The translations under genes were made by a program, and so were the position numbers. From contig OY763415.1 of the NCBI GenBank assembly GCA_963667565.1, positions 992,001 through 1,056,000 on the forward strand: a DNA stretch of 64,000 bases, in the 5' to 3' direction. Numbering within the stretch: position 1 is the first letter of the stretch; each line of letters opens with the position of its first letter. Below the pieces are notes generated by a model that saw nothing but the letters and a program-made list of their open reading frames with translations, was not told the DNA's origin and searched no databases. Below, piece after piece: positions 38,720-49,840 of the stretch. Source of the stretch: Acholeplasmataceae bacterium. Its GTDB lineage: Bacteria > Bacillota_I > Bacilli_A > Acholeplasmatales > Acholeplasmataceae.

Positions 38720-39706
38720 TTAGGATTCGGAATTTTGAAATTGATCAATTGCATCACCAATGTCTTTTATGCGATGATCTCTGTTTTGAATCCAGCTTTG
38801 TACTTTTGATTGAAACATTGAAGTTCTTTGTTCCATCAATTGTTGATAAATTGCAACTTGCTCTTGAGTTTTTGCTCTATACTCTAATCTAAGAGTTTCC
38901 ATAGCTTGGAATAAGTTAACTTTTAACTCATCAAGTTGGGTTTGGAGTTGTGCAAGTTCTGCTTCAAGAGCAGTTGTATCATCTGTAGAAGCTTGAATTT
39001 GAGCATTAATCATTTCCATTTGTGCTTCTATCGCTTGAATTTGAGGTACATAAGTGTTTCTTATTTCCTCTCTTGCTTGAATAAATTCCTCTTTATATGT
39101 ATTTAACACATTCATCGCTTGTTCTTTAGCATCTTTTAGAATGTCAATAAGATCTTGTTGATCCATGGTTAAAGCACTTTCTAAAGTAATTTCATCATCA
39201 ACATAAGTTACTGAATATGCAAGGCATAAAAATTGTGGAGATACGCCATAGCTTTCAGCTTCTTCTATGAATGCTTCAGTGAATACTTTATCCTGTGCTT
39301 TACCCATCATCACACGATTTTTAAATGCTAAATTGATTGCTGCCATAACTCTATTTTTAATCTGTTCACCAATGGCAAGATCTGAAGTAGTTGAAACTGA
39401 AACATATGTTTCTTCTGCATCAACATCAATATAACCTAATTCGATTGCTTTTCCAATAATTAGATCCATCGCATCATCAACATTTAGACCAACAAGTGAT
39501 AAATCTAATAATAATATTTCTGCATCTTCATTTAATGCATTTGCATAGACAACAATATCTTTTTCATTAACGATTAACTCAATAGATGGATTAATATCAA
39601 TTGTCACATATGCTTCTGCAGCACTTACAGAACCACTACAACCAACGATTGCTAGTATTAAACTAAACATAGCAACAAAACTTAAAATAATTTTAGATTT
39701 TTTCAT
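38720..39706 (-). CDS. Lipoprotein with RsgI-like extracytoplasmic domain and C-terminal coiled coil
   Basis: Lipobox IVG-C23; AYVTIDINPSIEL..ALNEDA motif; heptad-rich C-terminus. Confidence 0.75.
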   Translation of the reverse strand: MKKSKIILSFVAMFSLILAIVGCSGSVSAAEAYVTIDINPSIELIVNEKDIVVYANALNEDAEILLLDLSLVGLNVDDAMDLIIGKAIELGYIDVDAEETYVSVSTTSDLAIGEQIKNRVMAAINLAFKNRVMMGKAQDKVFTEAFIEEAESYGVSPQFLCLAYSVTYVDDEITLESALTMDQQDLIDILKDAKEQAMNVLNTYKEEFIQAREEIRNTYVPQIQAIEAQMEMINAQIQASTDDTTALEAELAQLQTQLDELKVNLFQAMETLRLEYRAKTQEQVAIYQQLMEQRTSMFQSKVQSWIQNRDHRIKDIGDAIDQFQNSES

Positions 39707-39731
39707 ATCTAATACCTCCTCTACATTAATA

Positions 39732-39760
39732 ATACAAACGAGGTTAATTATTTATTGGAA
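39732..39760 (-). promoter_or_regulatory. Putative ECF-sigma promoter, copy 2
   Basis: TTCCAATAAA-N13-TTGTAT, with the same elements and spacing as 41313-41341. Confidence 0.7.
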
Positions 39761-39762
39761 AA

Positions 39763-40788
39763 TTAACGATGCCAATTTCCACGAACAGTAGTCATTGTAT
39801 AAGATTGTCCACCTTGAGGTGTAACCTCAACGATATATTGACTAGGATCCATTTGAGAAACCATGATTGCCATTTGACCTAAATGTCCATCAACATCATA
39901 ATTAATTGCCAAATACTTTCTGTTCATCATACCAATGGCAATTTGAAATTCATATGATCCGCTAGCTGCGCTATTAACAAAGTCTAATGAAATAGCAGAT
40001 GTTGTTTCAAATGCTATGTTAACTTCTTCTTCTAAGACATCATTTGAATAGTTCTTAACTTGATATTTAAACGTTGCACCATCTTTTTGATATAAAACTT
40101 CTACATATCTAGTTTCATTCTGATAAGTTTTAGTCAAAATAGATTTTGTTTCTATATTATATTGTATTTCTAATTGATATACTTGTTCATCTTTATCAAC
40201 ATGACCTGTAATATAGTAAATGTTTCCAGCTTTTTCTGTTTTTTCATATTCGATTTGATATGTTGACGCTTCATCTTCTAAATTACTAGATGTATACATC
40301 ACTTGATAACGTTTTGAAAACATATGCATTCTTTGTTTAGAAATACTATAATTATTTGAAGTGCTCATTACATTTTCAATCACACCTAAATATTTTGTTA
40401 AGTGGTTTACTTCTGTTTCAATAGTCGTATCTGTCGAAAGATTACTATTTGATAATAATTGTACTTCATCAATTGTATTAAGTGATTCAACTGCAATTGT
40501 TGATGATGTCATAGTAGATAGGACAACGGCTTCAACGATTGTATCATCTGTGATTGGATCACTTTGGTTTATAGAAATAAATCCGAAAGTAAATGCTAGT
40601 AGGACAACAGCTGTTAAGCTTAAGCTCATCGCAAGTTTAAAATTAAAGCGTTTTGGTCTGTCTATAATCGCTTGTTGATTTGGTACCAAACTGTTTAATT
40701 TATCTTTGATGTTTGAAGATACGTTTGGTATCACGATTTGTTTAGATTCAGTTTTTAACATATGTTTTAAATCTTTTGTTCTCATCAA
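39763..40788 (-). CDS. Putative anti-sigma factor (single TM, extracellular beta-rich domain)
   Basis: ~50-aa cytoplasmic N-terminus and one TM helix; overlaps the sigma stop codon. Confidence 0.65.
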   Translation of the reverse strand: MMRTKDLKHMLKTESKQIVIPNVSSNIKDKLNSLVPNQQAIIDRPKRFNFKLAMSLSLTAVVLLAFTFGFISINQSDPITDDTIVEAVVLSTMTSSTIAVESLNTIDEVQLLSNSNLSTDTTIETEVNHLTKYLGVIENVMSTSNNYSISKQRMHMFSKRYQVMYTSSNLEDEASTYQIEYEKTEKAGNIYYITGHVDKDEQVYQLEIQYNIETKSILTKTYQNETRYVEVLYQKDGATFKYQVKNYSNDVLEEEVNIAFETTSAISLDFVNSAASGSYEFQIAIGMMNRKYLAINYDVDGHLGQMAIMVSQMDPSQYIVEVTPQGGQSYTMTTVRGNWHR

Positions 40789-41291
40789 ACATCACCTACT
40801 TTCGTTTTTAAATCTTTGATTGCATTATTGTAATGCCACAGCACTGTACCTAATGGCATTTTTAAAATATCTGCAATTTCTTTAAATTTTAATTCGTTAA
40901 TCACATGCATAATGACGATATCTCTTTTCGTTTCATCTAATGTATCTAACAAATCAAGAACACCTACATTTTCATCGACGCGATCAGTTGAAGGGATATA
41001 ATGAAACATTTCTTCATCATGTATTTCACGTTTCGCCTTATTGTAGTGATTTATGGCAAGATTTCTTCCAATCGTTGTCAAATATGCATAAACACTCTTT
41101 GTTGGATCATATTGTGAAATTTTTTCAATAAATTTCATATATGTATCTTGCATTAAATCTTGTGCGACATCTTGACTCTTTACAATAGAGATGATTGAAA
41201 AATACACTTGACGTTCAGTCAACTGATAGAATTCATCAAAATGTCTGTAATCTTGATTTTGAAATTCTAAAATTATATTTTTAATCTTCAT
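40785..41291 (-). CDS. ECF RNA polymerase sigma factor
   Basis: Region 2 AQDLMQDTY..YLTTIGRN; region 4 KFKEIADILKMPLGTV; RBS before ATG 41291. Confidence 0.92.
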   Translation of the reverse strand: MKIKNIILEFQNQDYRHFDEFYQLTERQVYFSIISIVKSQDVAQDLMQDTYMKFIEKISQYDPTKSVYAYLTTIGRNLAINHYNKAKREIHDEEMFHYIPSTDRVDENVGVLDLLDTLDETKRDIVIMHVINELKFKEIADILKMPLGTVLWHYNNAIKDLKTKVGDV

Positions 41292-41312
41292 AATGTCCCT
41301 CTTACACCATAT

Positions 41313-41341
41313 ATACAATTTGATATGGATTTTTATTGGAA
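41313..41341 (-). promoter_or_regulatory. Putative ECF-sigma autoregulatory promoter, copy 1
   Basis: TTCCAATAAA-N13-TTGTAT upstream of the sigma RBS. Confidence 0.7.
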
Positions 41342-41344
41342 TTT

Positions 41345-41869
41345 CTATTTTTTAACATAAATTACTTTAACGATACCATCTTTATATGTATCGGTTTTGA
41401 CTAGTTTTAAATCTTGAGGTATTTCGTGTTTTAAAAACAATTTGATTCCGTCTCCTAAAAGTGTAGGAATGATAGAGATATGAAATTCATCAATTAAATG
41501 ATGACGAAGCATAAGTTCAATGACTTGTGCACCACCAATCAAGAAAATATCTTTTTTAGATGACGATTTAATTTGGGTCATCATATTGTCAATATCATCT
41601 ACATAAATCACTTTATCTTTAGAGTTTAATTTTTTATGTGTGAGTACATAAGTCATTTGATCTTTATATGGATATTCATCACCAAATGTTAGGACTTGAT
41701 CGTATGTTTTTTTACCCATAATAACTGTATCGATATGATCCATAAACAAGTGATAGCCATAATCTTCTCCATCTTTACCAAAAGATGCTAAAAAATCAAT
41801 GTCACCATTTGTATCTGCGATGTATCCATCTAAAGTCATTGCGATATATAATTTAACTTTTTGACTCAT
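41345..41869 (-). CDS. Dihydrofolate reductase/RibD C-terminal family protein
   Basis: IAMTLDGYIA, MGKKTY, IGGA and PTLLGDGIKLF motifs. Confidence 0.88.
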   Translation of the reverse strand: MSQKVKLYIAMTLDGYIADTNGDIDFLASFGKDGEDYGYHLFMDHIDTVIMGKKTYDQVLTFGDEYPYKDQMTYVLTHKKLNSKDKVIYVDDIDNMMTQIKSSSKKDIFLIGGAQVIELMLRHHLIDEFHISIIPTLLGDGIKLFLKHEIPQDLKLVKTDTYKDGIVKVIYVKK

Positions 41870-41944
41870 TTAAAGACTCCTTATGAAAAAAGTTTATCTA
41901 AACTTGAAACATAATGTTCAAAAAATAAGATAAACTTTCTTATG

Positions 41945-44353
41945 TTATTTCGCGACAATATTAACTAGTTTATTAGGAATGACAATGACTTTTAATATCG
42001 TTAATCCTTCCAAATGTTTAGCAACATTTTCTTCGTTTAATGCAAGTTGTTCTAAGATTTTTTTATCTTCATCTGTTGGAGCTAAAAACTTCCCTCTTAA
42101 TTTACCGTTGACTTGAACGACGATTTGAACTTCATCTAAGATTAAATATGCATCATTAAATGTTGGCCAATCAGAATAGATAAGTTCTTCATTTTGTTTT
42201 AAAACTTCTAAATTAAGTTCTTCAGTTAAATGTGGACAAATTGGATTTAATAATTTCAAAAAACCTCTTGCTTGTTGTTTGGAAATTTTTTGGGTTTTAT
42301 AAACATCATTAACGAAAATCATCATTTGACTGATTGCAGTATTAAATGCAAGTTTTTCATAATCTTCAGTGACTTTTTTAACTGTTTGATGATAAGAAAA
42401 TCTTAAATCTTCTACTTCTTCATCAACAATATCAAAATCAAACATTCTCCACACACGATCTAAGAATTTTTTAGCACCATTTAAACTATCAGTTGACCAA
42501 GGTTTTTCTGATTCTAATGGTCCCATAAACATCTCATATAAACGTAGTGCATCTGCACCATGTGATGCAATCACATCATCAGGATTGACAACATTGCCTT
42601 TAGATTTACTCATTTTTGCATGATCGTCACCTAAAATCATCCCTTGATTAAATAATTTTTTAAATGGCTCTTTATGAGAAACAAGTCCTATATCAAATAA
42701 AAACTTTGTCCAAAATCTTGAATAAAGAAGATGACCAACTGCATGTTCGGTTCCACCAATATATAAATCAACTGGTAACCACTTATCAAGCAACTTTTTA
42801 GCCTCTTCACTATTTAATGGAACCATGCTTAAATGATTTTTTAAGATGTAACCCATGAAATACCATGAACTTCCTGCAAGTTGAGGCATGGTATTAGTAT
42901 CTCTTCTACCTTTAATACCTTTATAAGTCACATTAACCCATTGGTGAGCATTGGCAAGAGGAGATTCTCCAGTACCTGATGGTCTCATGTTTTTTAATAC
43001 TGGTAATTCAAGAGGAAGGTCTTCATCATCTAATATATGAATACCTTGTTCTTCATCAAAGATGACAGGGAATGGTTCACCCCAATATCTTTGTCTTGAG
43101 AAAACCCAATCTCTTAATTTATAAGTTGAATGTCTAAATCCTTGTTTGGTTGTTTCTAGAAACTCAATAATTTTATCCTTTGCTTCTTCGTTATAAAGTC
43201 CATCTACGATACCACTATTGTAATGAATACCATCACCTGTAAATGCACCTTGTGCATCACCTTTAATAACTTCAATGATATCTAAACCTTGAATTTGAGC
43301 AAACTCAAAATCTCTTTCATCATGTGCAGGAACAGCCATAACTGCACCTGTTCCATAATGAGGAAGTACATAATCAGCAATCCAAATAGGGACTTTCTTT
43401 TGGTTAAGTGGATTTATAGCATATGCACCAGTAAATACACCTGTTTTTGTTTTATCCACTTGTCTATCTATTTCAGTTTTTTGTTTTGTAATTTCAATAT
43501 ATGCTTTTACTGACGACACTTCATCTTCTGATGTTATGCTTAACACGAGTGGATGCTCAGGTGCTAATACACAGTAAGTTGCTCCATATATTGTGTCAGG
43601 TCGAGTTGTAAATACATCAAAAGATTCATTCATACCATCGACTTTAAATGTCATCATGGCACCCTTAGATTTACCTATCCAGTTACGTTGCATTTCTTTA
43701 AGGTGTTCTGGCCAATCTAATAAGTCTAAATCATCCAAAAGACGATCAGCATAAGCTGTAATTCTTAACACCCATTGTTTCATGGCTTTTTTAACAACTG
43801 GATATCCACCACGTTCAGAAACCATGAGTCCATCTTTTAATTCAATTTCATCATTAGCAAGCACTGTGCCTAATCCTTCACACCAGTTGACTTCAACATC
43901 CTTAAGAACTGCTAAATCATGCTCATAAAGTTTTTTGAATATCCATTGCGTCCATTTAAAATATTCAGGATCGCTAGTCGCAAATTCTCTTGACCAATCA
44001 ATCCCTTTACCTGCATCAATAATTTGTTGTTTGAAATGTTCAATATTTTGATAAGTAAAAACTTTAGGATCTTTTCCTGTTGAAAGTGCGTATTGTTCTG
44101 CAGGCAAACCAAAAGCATCCCATCCCATTGGATGAAGCACATTATAACCTTGCATACGTTTAAATCTAGAAACGATGTCAGTTGCAGTATAACCTTCAAT
44201 ATGTCCTACATGCAGCCCTTGAGCACTTGGATATGGAAACATATCTAAAACATAATATTTTTCCTTGTGTCCATCTTCAGTAGTCTTAAATAATTTTTGG
44301 TCAGACCAGTGTTTCTGCCATTTCTTTTCTATTTTGTCAAATTGATAATACAT
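41945..44353 (-). CDS. leuS: Leucyl-tRNA synthetase
   Basis: MFPYPS, HVGH, FTTRPDT and KMSKS motifs. Confidence 0.98.
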   Translation of the reverse strand: MYYQFDKIEKKWQKHWSDQKLFKTTEDGHKEKYYVLDMFPYPSAQGLHVGHIEGYTATDIVSRFKRMQGYNVLHPMGWDAFGLPAEQYALSTGKDPKVFTYQNIEHFKQQIIDAGKGIDWSREFATSDPEYFKWTQWIFKKLYEHDLAVLKDVEVNWCEGLGTVLANDEIELKDGLMVSERGGYPVVKKAMKQWVLRITAYADRLLDDLDLLDWPEHLKEMQRNWIGKSKGAMMTFKVDGMNESFDVFTTRPDTIYGATYCVLAPEHPLVLSITSEDEVSSVKAYIEITKQKTEIDRQVDKTKTGVFTGAYAINPLNQKKVPIWIADYVLPHYGTGAVMAVPAHDERDFEFAQIQGLDIIEVIKGDAQGAFTGDGIHYNSGIVDGLYNEEAKDKIIEFLETTKQGFRHSTYKLRDWVFSRQRYWGEPFPVIFDEEQGIHILDDEDLPLELPVLKNMRPSGTGESPLANAHQWVNVTYKGIKGRRDTNTMPQLAGSSWYFMGYILKNHLSMVPLNSEEAKKLLDKWLPVDLYIGGTEHAVGHLLYSRFWTKFLFDIGLVSHKEPFKKLFNQGMILGDDHAKMSKSKGNVVNPDDVIASHGADALRLYEMFMGPLESEKPWSTDSLNGAKKFLDRVWRMFDFDIVDEEVEDLRFSYHQTVKKVTEDYEKLAFNTAISQMMIFVNDVYKTQKISKQQARGFLKLLNPICPHLTEELNLEVLKQNEELIYSDWPTFNDAYLILDEVQIVVQVNGKLRGKFLAPTDEDKKILEQLALNEENVAKHLEGLTILKVIVIPNKLVNIVAK

Positions 44354-44481
44354 AATAATACCTCTTTCGCTTAATTTCTATTATATAGAAAAAAAGAACT
44401 TTTTACCAATAAATATGTGTTTTTATAAAGAAAAAAAACCAAATTCTTTGTAAGAACTTGGTTTTATTTTTAATTCCTTAA

Positions 44482-44712
44482 TTATTTAGCTGTTTTCTCA
44501 ACAAATCTTACAATGTCTCCAACAGTCTTAATGTTTTGAGCTTCTTCATCGCTAACTTGAACTGAAAATTCATCTTCAATATTCATAATCAATTCAACAG
44601 CGTCAATTGAATCAGCGCCAAGATCTTCTGCTAATCTAGCTTCCATTGTAATTTTTTCTTCAGGAAGTCCTAATTCGTTTTTAATCATTTCTTTAACTCT
44701 TGCAAAAACCAT
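44482..44712 (-). CDS. acpP: Acyl carrier protein
   Basis: LGADSIDAVEL phosphopantetheine site. Confidence 0.95.
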   Translation of the reverse strand: MVFARVKEMIKNELGLPEEKITMEARLAEDLGADSIDAVELIMNIEDEFSVQVSDEEAQNIKTVGDIVRFVEKTAK

Positions 44713-44793
44713 GACTTTATCCTCCTTTTTTCAAGCAGTGTTATTATAGAATATTTTATGTTTTTTGTCAATGCCTTGAATATCAAAATATTT

Positions 44794-46272
44794 TTATTTA
44801 TCTTTTTTAGATCTAGCGTATAATTCTGTCCACGTTTTAATATTGTTTTTAATTACTTTAGTAATCTGTCCATCTTTAAGTCTCCATACCCAATTGTTTC
44901 CAAGTGTTGATGGAATATTCATTCTTGCTTCATTACCAAGATTTAAATAATCTTGCATTGGGATAATGACTGTATCAGCAACACATTTTAATGTTTCTTT
45001 AATAAGTGCATCTACTTTTTTAGTTTCATCTTCACAATTGATATATGCTAAGCAATTTTTAAGTGCTTTTGGACTCAATTCATCAAACCATGCTGCAGTA
45101 GTGAAATTATCATGTGTACCTGTATAAGCAATGACATTTTGTTTATAGTGATGAGGTAAATAATTATTATCTTCAATGCTATTAAAACCAAATTGTGTAA
45201 GTTTCATACCTGGATATCCTGTCGCATCCAAAACTTTAACGACTTCAGGTGTAACTGCACCTAAATCTTCAGCAATAATATTGACTTCCCCAAGTTCTTT
45301 TTTAATGACTTCGAAAAGTTCATAACCTGGTCCTTTTTTCCAAACACCATTTTTTGCAGTCTTATCAGCAAATGGAATTGAGAAATAGTTGACAAAACCA
45401 ATGAAGTGATCAATTCTAATCATATCAAATTGTGCAACAGATGCACGTACTCTATCAACCCACCATTGATAATTCTTATCTTTAAGATGTCCCCAATGAT
45501 AGAGAGGATTTCCCCATAACTGACCATCTTTAGCATAATTATCAGGAGGTACTCCTGCAACATGATATGGTACATTTTTTTCATCTAAATCAAACATTTT
45601 AGGATTTGCCCATACATCGCTACTATCATACGATACATAAATTGGCATATCCCCAATAATTTTGATTCCTTTTTGGTTTGCATATTTTTTTAAAGCATGC
45701 CATTGTTCATCAGCTTTAAATTGTAAAAATTGATGAAACGCAATTTCATCTTTTAATTCCATTTGTAATTTTTCAATAGTATTTGGCTTTCTTAAGCGAA
45801 CGTCTTCATCCCAATATAACCAAGATTTGCCATCATAGGTTGCTTTAACTGCCATAAATAGTGCATAATCATTTAACCAAAAATCTTGTGCTTTTAAGAA
45901 TTTTTGATAATCACTATCTGATTGGTCAAAACGATTAAACGCTTGTTTTAATGCGTCGTATCTCTTGATATAGAGTTGTTCATAATCAACATACATAGGA
46001 TCATTAACAACATCCGTAATTTCATTTTTCTTTAATAGTTTTTCTTTAATCAAAATATCTAAATCTATGAAATAAGGATTATTAGCAAATGCAGAAAAAG
46101 TCTGATATGGTGAATCACCATATGATGTTGGACCTAAAGGTAAAATTTGCCAGTATGTTTGGTTTGTTTCATCTAATAAATCAACAAAATCATATGCTGA
46201 TTTACCGTAAGTACCTATACCATAAGGACTTGGTAGACTTGAAATGTGTAATAATATGCCACTTGTTCTCAT
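44794..46272 (-). CDS. malQ: 4-alpha-glucanotransferase (GH77)
   Basis: GILLHISSLP, RIDHF, AEDLG and TGTHDN motifs. Confidence 0.96.
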   Translation of the reverse strand: MRTSGILLHISSLPSPYGIGTYGKSAYDFVDLLDETNQTYWQILPLGPTSYGDSPYQTFSAFANNPYFIDLDILIKEKLLKKNEITDVVNDPMYVDYEQLYIKRYDALKQAFNRFDQSDSDYQKFLKAQDFWLNDYALFMAVKATYDGKSWLYWDEDVRLRKPNTIEKLQMELKDEIAFHQFLQFKADEQWHALKKYANQKGIKIIGDMPIYVSYDSSDVWANPKMFDLDEKNVPYHVAGVPPDNYAKDGQLWGNPLYHWGHLKDKNYQWWVDRVRASVAQFDMIRIDHFIGFVNYFSIPFADKTAKNGVWKKGPGYELFEVIKKELGEVNIIAEDLGAVTPEVVKVLDATGYPGMKLTQFGFNSIEDNNYLPHHYKQNVIAYTGTHDNFTTAAWFDELSPKALKNCLAYINCEDETKKVDALIKETLKCVADTVIIPMQDYLNLGNEARMNIPSTLGNNWVWRLKDGQITKVIKNNIKTWTELYARSKKDK

Positions 46273-47963
46273 TTGTTTTCCTCAATTTCTAAAACAACTG
46301 AACCATAAGGATTCATGTGTATTTTATGATTCATAATTTTGTGTATTTCATTGGATAATACGACTGATTTAATTTCTACATTTGATAAATCATAAATGGC
46401 TTCTTCTTCAAGAAAACTACAAATGACTAATAATGTTTGATTTTCATTAAATCGTTTATATACCACTAGATTTGGGTCATCAAGCTCTAAAAATTTTATA
46501 TCGCCATAAGTAATGACTTCATGGTACTTAGAAGTCTTTCTCAATTGGAATAATAATTTGTAATGATTGATGATTGATTCTTTATCATTTAATTCATCCT
46601 GAACATTAATTGTAACATAATTAGGATGAATTGGCATCCATGGTTTTACATCAGAAAACCCTGCATTTTCACTGTGATCCCATTGAATTGGTGTACGACC
46701 ATTATCTCTTGAACGCATAGCAACTTTTTTGATAGCTAATTCCGGCGCTACTTTTTGTTCTTCTGTCAAATACTGATAATAATTTTTAGATGAAATATCA
46801 TTAAATTCATCCACACTTTGGAATGGATAATTCATCATCCCAATTTCTTCTCCTTGATAAACAAAAGGTGTACCTCTCATCATATACATAAGTGTTGCAA
46901 GCATTTTTCCAGATTGGTTAAAGAATTTTGTTCTACCATATTGACTCATTAATCTGGGCTGATCATGATTTAACCAATTAAGTGGTAACCATCCTTTTCC
47001 TTTAAACCCTTCCTGCCATTTAATAAAGACTTTTTTTAAATCTATGACATGCGTCACTAAATCATCATAGGATTCTATATCCGATAAATTATTACACCAA
47101 TCGTGGTCAAAATTGAAAACCATAGACATTTGTTTAGAATCAAATCCAGCATATGATACTGCTGATTCTATAGATGCTTGACCTCCAACTTCACCAATTG
47201 TTAAACAATCGTTTGGTGTAAATAACTTTTCATTCATTTCTTTTAAATAATCATGTACTTTCGGTAGATTAGAAAATTTAAAATAATCTAATGGGTAACG
47301 TTCTTTTGAACCTTCAACATCTTTAAATGGTGCACGATCCAAATGGGATACAGCATCAATTCTAAATCCATCTATCCCTAAATCTAACCACCATTGTCCA
47401 ACTTTAATCATTTCTTCTCTAACCATAGGGTTTTTCCAATTTAAGTCAGGCATTTTATTTGAAAATATCTTCATATAATAACTATTGGTTAAAGCATCAT
47501 AATTCCAGCAACTTCCACCAAAAAATGAACCCCAATTTGTAGGTTCTAATAATTTGCCATCTTTTTCTTTTCCATCTTGCCAAATATAATAATCTCTATA
47601 AGGGTTATCTTTTGACTTTCTTGATTCTAAAAACCATGGATGTTCATCAGATGTATGATTTAAGACATAATCCATAACGATTTTTATATTAAGTTTTTTT
47701 GCTTGATGAATTAATCGTTTCATGTCATCTAAATCACCAAAGATTGGATCAATATTGTAAAAGTCTCTCACATCATATCCATTATCATCCATTGGTGAAT
47801 CATAGACAGGACAGATCCAAATCAAATCGACACCCAAATCATGCAAATATGGTAGTTTTTCAATGATGCCATTAAGGTCACCAATCCCATCATGATTTGT
47901 ATCTTTAAAGCTTTTAGGATAGATTTGATAACCGATGCTTTCCATCCACCATTTTTTAATCAT
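46269..47963 (-). CDS. malL: GH13 alpha-glucosidase/oligo-1,6-glucosidase
   Basis: YQIYPKSF, DNGYD, GFRIDAV, NHDQPR and RDNGRTP motifs. Confidence 0.85.
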   Translation of the reverse strand: MIKKWWMESIGYQIYPKSFKDTNHDGIGDLNGIIEKLPYLHDLGVDLIWICPVYDSPMDDNGYDVRDFYNIDPIFGDLDDMKRLIHQAKKLNIKIVMDYVLNHTSDEHPWFLESRKSKDNPYRDYYIWQDGKEKDGKLLEPTNWGSFFGGSCWNYDALTNSYYMKIFSNKMPDLNWKNPMVREEMIKVGQWWLDLGIDGFRIDAVSHLDRAPFKDVEGSKERYPLDYFKFSNLPKVHDYLKEMNEKLFTPNDCLTIGEVGGQASIESAVSYAGFDSKQMSMVFNFDHDWCNNLSDIESYDDLVTHVIDLKKVFIKWQEGFKGKGWLPLNWLNHDQPRLMSQYGRTKFFNQSGKMLATLMYMMRGTPFVYQGEEIGMMNYPFQSVDEFNDISSKNYYQYLTEEQKVAPELAIKKVAMRSRDNGRTPIQWDHSENAGFSDVKPWMPIHPNYVTINVQDELNDKESIINHYKLLFQLRKTSKYHEVITYGDIKFLELDDPNLVVYKRFNENQTLLVICSFLEEEAIYDLSNVEIKSVVLSNEIHKIMNHKIHMNPYGSVVLEIEENK

Positions 47964-48020
47964 AAAGTCTCCTTATATCCCCATATATATTGTAACATAT
48001 ATATAATATATGAAAAATAA

Positions 48021-48034
48021 TGTTAGCGGTTTCA
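48021..48034. promoter_or_regulatory. LacI/cre-like operator
   Basis: TGTTAGCGGTTTCA matches TGWNANCGNTNWCA; lies in the divergent intergenic region. Confidence 0.7.
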
Positions 48035-48079
48035 TATTTTATAAAATTTTGATTATGATATAATGTCTTTGGTGATAAT

Positions 48080-49840
48080 ATGAATAAATTCGCGCTTTTG
48101 CATAGACCAAAATCTGAATATGCCTATGCTGTTGATTCTAAGAAATTACATATATTGATTAGAACAGCAAAAAATGATTTAAAAAATATAGATATTATTT
48201 ATGGTGATCCTTTTTCTTGGGATTTTAAAAATCCAAAGAAATTATCTTGGAACCACCATATCGAACATATGGAAATAAGATATCAAACGTCTATGTTTGA
48301 TTACTATTTTATTGAAATAGAAACGACTCAAAAACGTGTTAAATACGCGTTTATTTTACATGATGGTCAAGACATTTATTTATATGGTACAAGACATCTT
48401 ACACCTATTCATGATGAAAGTGAACTTTATAGACAATATGATTTGTCAGATTATTTTAATTTCCCATTCATTCATGAATCTGATGATTTTAATACACCAA
48501 AATGGGTAGAAGGTACAGTTTGGTACCAAATATTTCCTGATCGTTTTTATGGTCATGAAAGTAGTTCTAAACTCACTTGGGGTAAGTTACCTGTTAAAAA
48601 CGATGAACTTTATGGTGGCAATATTAAAGGTGTGATTGAAAAATTACCATATCTTCATGATTTAGGTGTAACAGGCATTTATTTTACACCACTATTTGAA
48701 GCCCCTTCCGCTCACAAATATGATACAACTGATTATTATAAAATCGATCCGCAATTTGGAACACTTGAGGATATGAAGTCACTTGTTCTTCATGCACACA
48801 AATTAAATATTAAAGTGATGCTGGATGGTGTTTTTAATCATGCCGGTTATGAACATAAGTTTTTCCAAGATGTGTTAAAAAACAATGAAAACAGTATATA
48901 TAAAAATAGTTTTTACATCGACAAGTTCCCAGTTGGTGATACCAGAGATGGTTTAAATTATAAAGCTTTCGCTTTTGCAAAAAATATGCCTAAATGGCGA
49001 ACTGAAGATCCACATGCTGAAGCATATCTTTTAGGATGTGTTAAGTATTGGATAGAAACTTGTGATATTGATGGATGGAGACTAGATGTTTCTAATGAAG
49101 TCAGCCATCAGTTTTTAAGAAAAGTTAAAGAGGCTGCACGTTCTGTCAAAAAAGATGTTTATATCTTAGGTGAAAACTTAGATGATTCAACACCATGGTT
49201 ACAAGGTGATCAAATGGATGGTGTGATGAATTATGACTTAGCATATCCTACTTGGGCTTATTTTCAACATCGCATTTCTAATGAGGAATTTAGAGACACT
49301 GTTATTAAATATTTAGCTAAAACACAAAAAAATGTGATTAATCATCATTTCAATTTAGTCGGATGTCATGATACGATTCGTATTAAGACAAGACTTGACG
49401 AAGATATCAGACGTGTTAAGTTAATTAATCTCTTTATGTTTACTTCTGCTGGTACACCAAATATCTATTATGGTGATGAAGTTGGTATGAGTGGACAAAA
49501 TGATCCTGATAATAGAAGATGTATGCTTTGGAATGAAAAAGAACAAGATTTAGATTTTAAATCATTTATGAAAACTTTAATTAAGTTAAGAGCAACTTAT
49601 GATGCATTTTTATCTCCTGATTATGGATTTATAGATAGTGAAGCACTTATTTATACTAAAGCATCTAACGAACATAAGATCTTAGTCATGATGAATAATC
49701 AGGATAAAACAAAAACATTTGATCTTTCTAAATCATTATTTGGTACATATATAAATTTATTTACACAAGAAAAAGTTCTAATTCATGATAAAATAACTTT
49801 AGAAGCTTATGGATATAAGTTACTTCTAAAGGAAGTGTAA
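48080..49840 (+). CDS. GH13 neopullulanase/cyclomaltodextrinase
   Basis: N-terminal domain; WYQIFPDRF, HKYDT, GWRLDV and DPDNRRCM motifs. Confidence 0.88.
   Translation: MNKFALLHRPKSEYAYAVDSKKLHILIRTAKNDLKNIDIIYGDPFSWDFKNPKKLSWNHHIEHMEIRYQTSMFDYYFIEIETTQKRVKYAFILHDGQDIYLYGTRHLTPIHDESELYRQYDLSDYFNFPFIHESDDFNTPKWVEGTVWYQIFPDRFYGHESSSKLTWGKLPVKNDELYGGNIKGVIEKLPYLHDLGVTGIYFTPLFEAPSAHKYDTTDYYKIDPQFGTLEDMKSLVLHAHKLNIKVMLDGVFNHAGYEHKFFQDVLKNNENSIYKNSFYIDKFPVGDTRDGLNYKAFAFAKNMPKWRTEDPHAEAYLLGCVKYWIETCDIDGWRLDVSNEVSHQFLRKVKEAARSVKKDVYILGENLDDSTPWLQGDQMDGVMNYDLAYPTWAYFQHRISNEEFRDTVIKYLAKTQKNVINHHFNLVGCHDTIRIKTRLDEDIRRVKLINLFMFTSAGTPNIYYGDEVGMSGQNDPDNRRCMLWNEKEQDLDFKSFMKTLIKLRATYDAFLSPDYGFIDSEALIYTKASNEHKILVMMNNQDKTKTFDLSKSLFGTYINLFTQEKVLIHDKITLEAYGYKLLLKEV

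Noticed and set aside
44354..44481. T-box upstream of leuS
   Set aside because: Only ~130 bp containing the acpP terminator; no GGTGGNACC motif.
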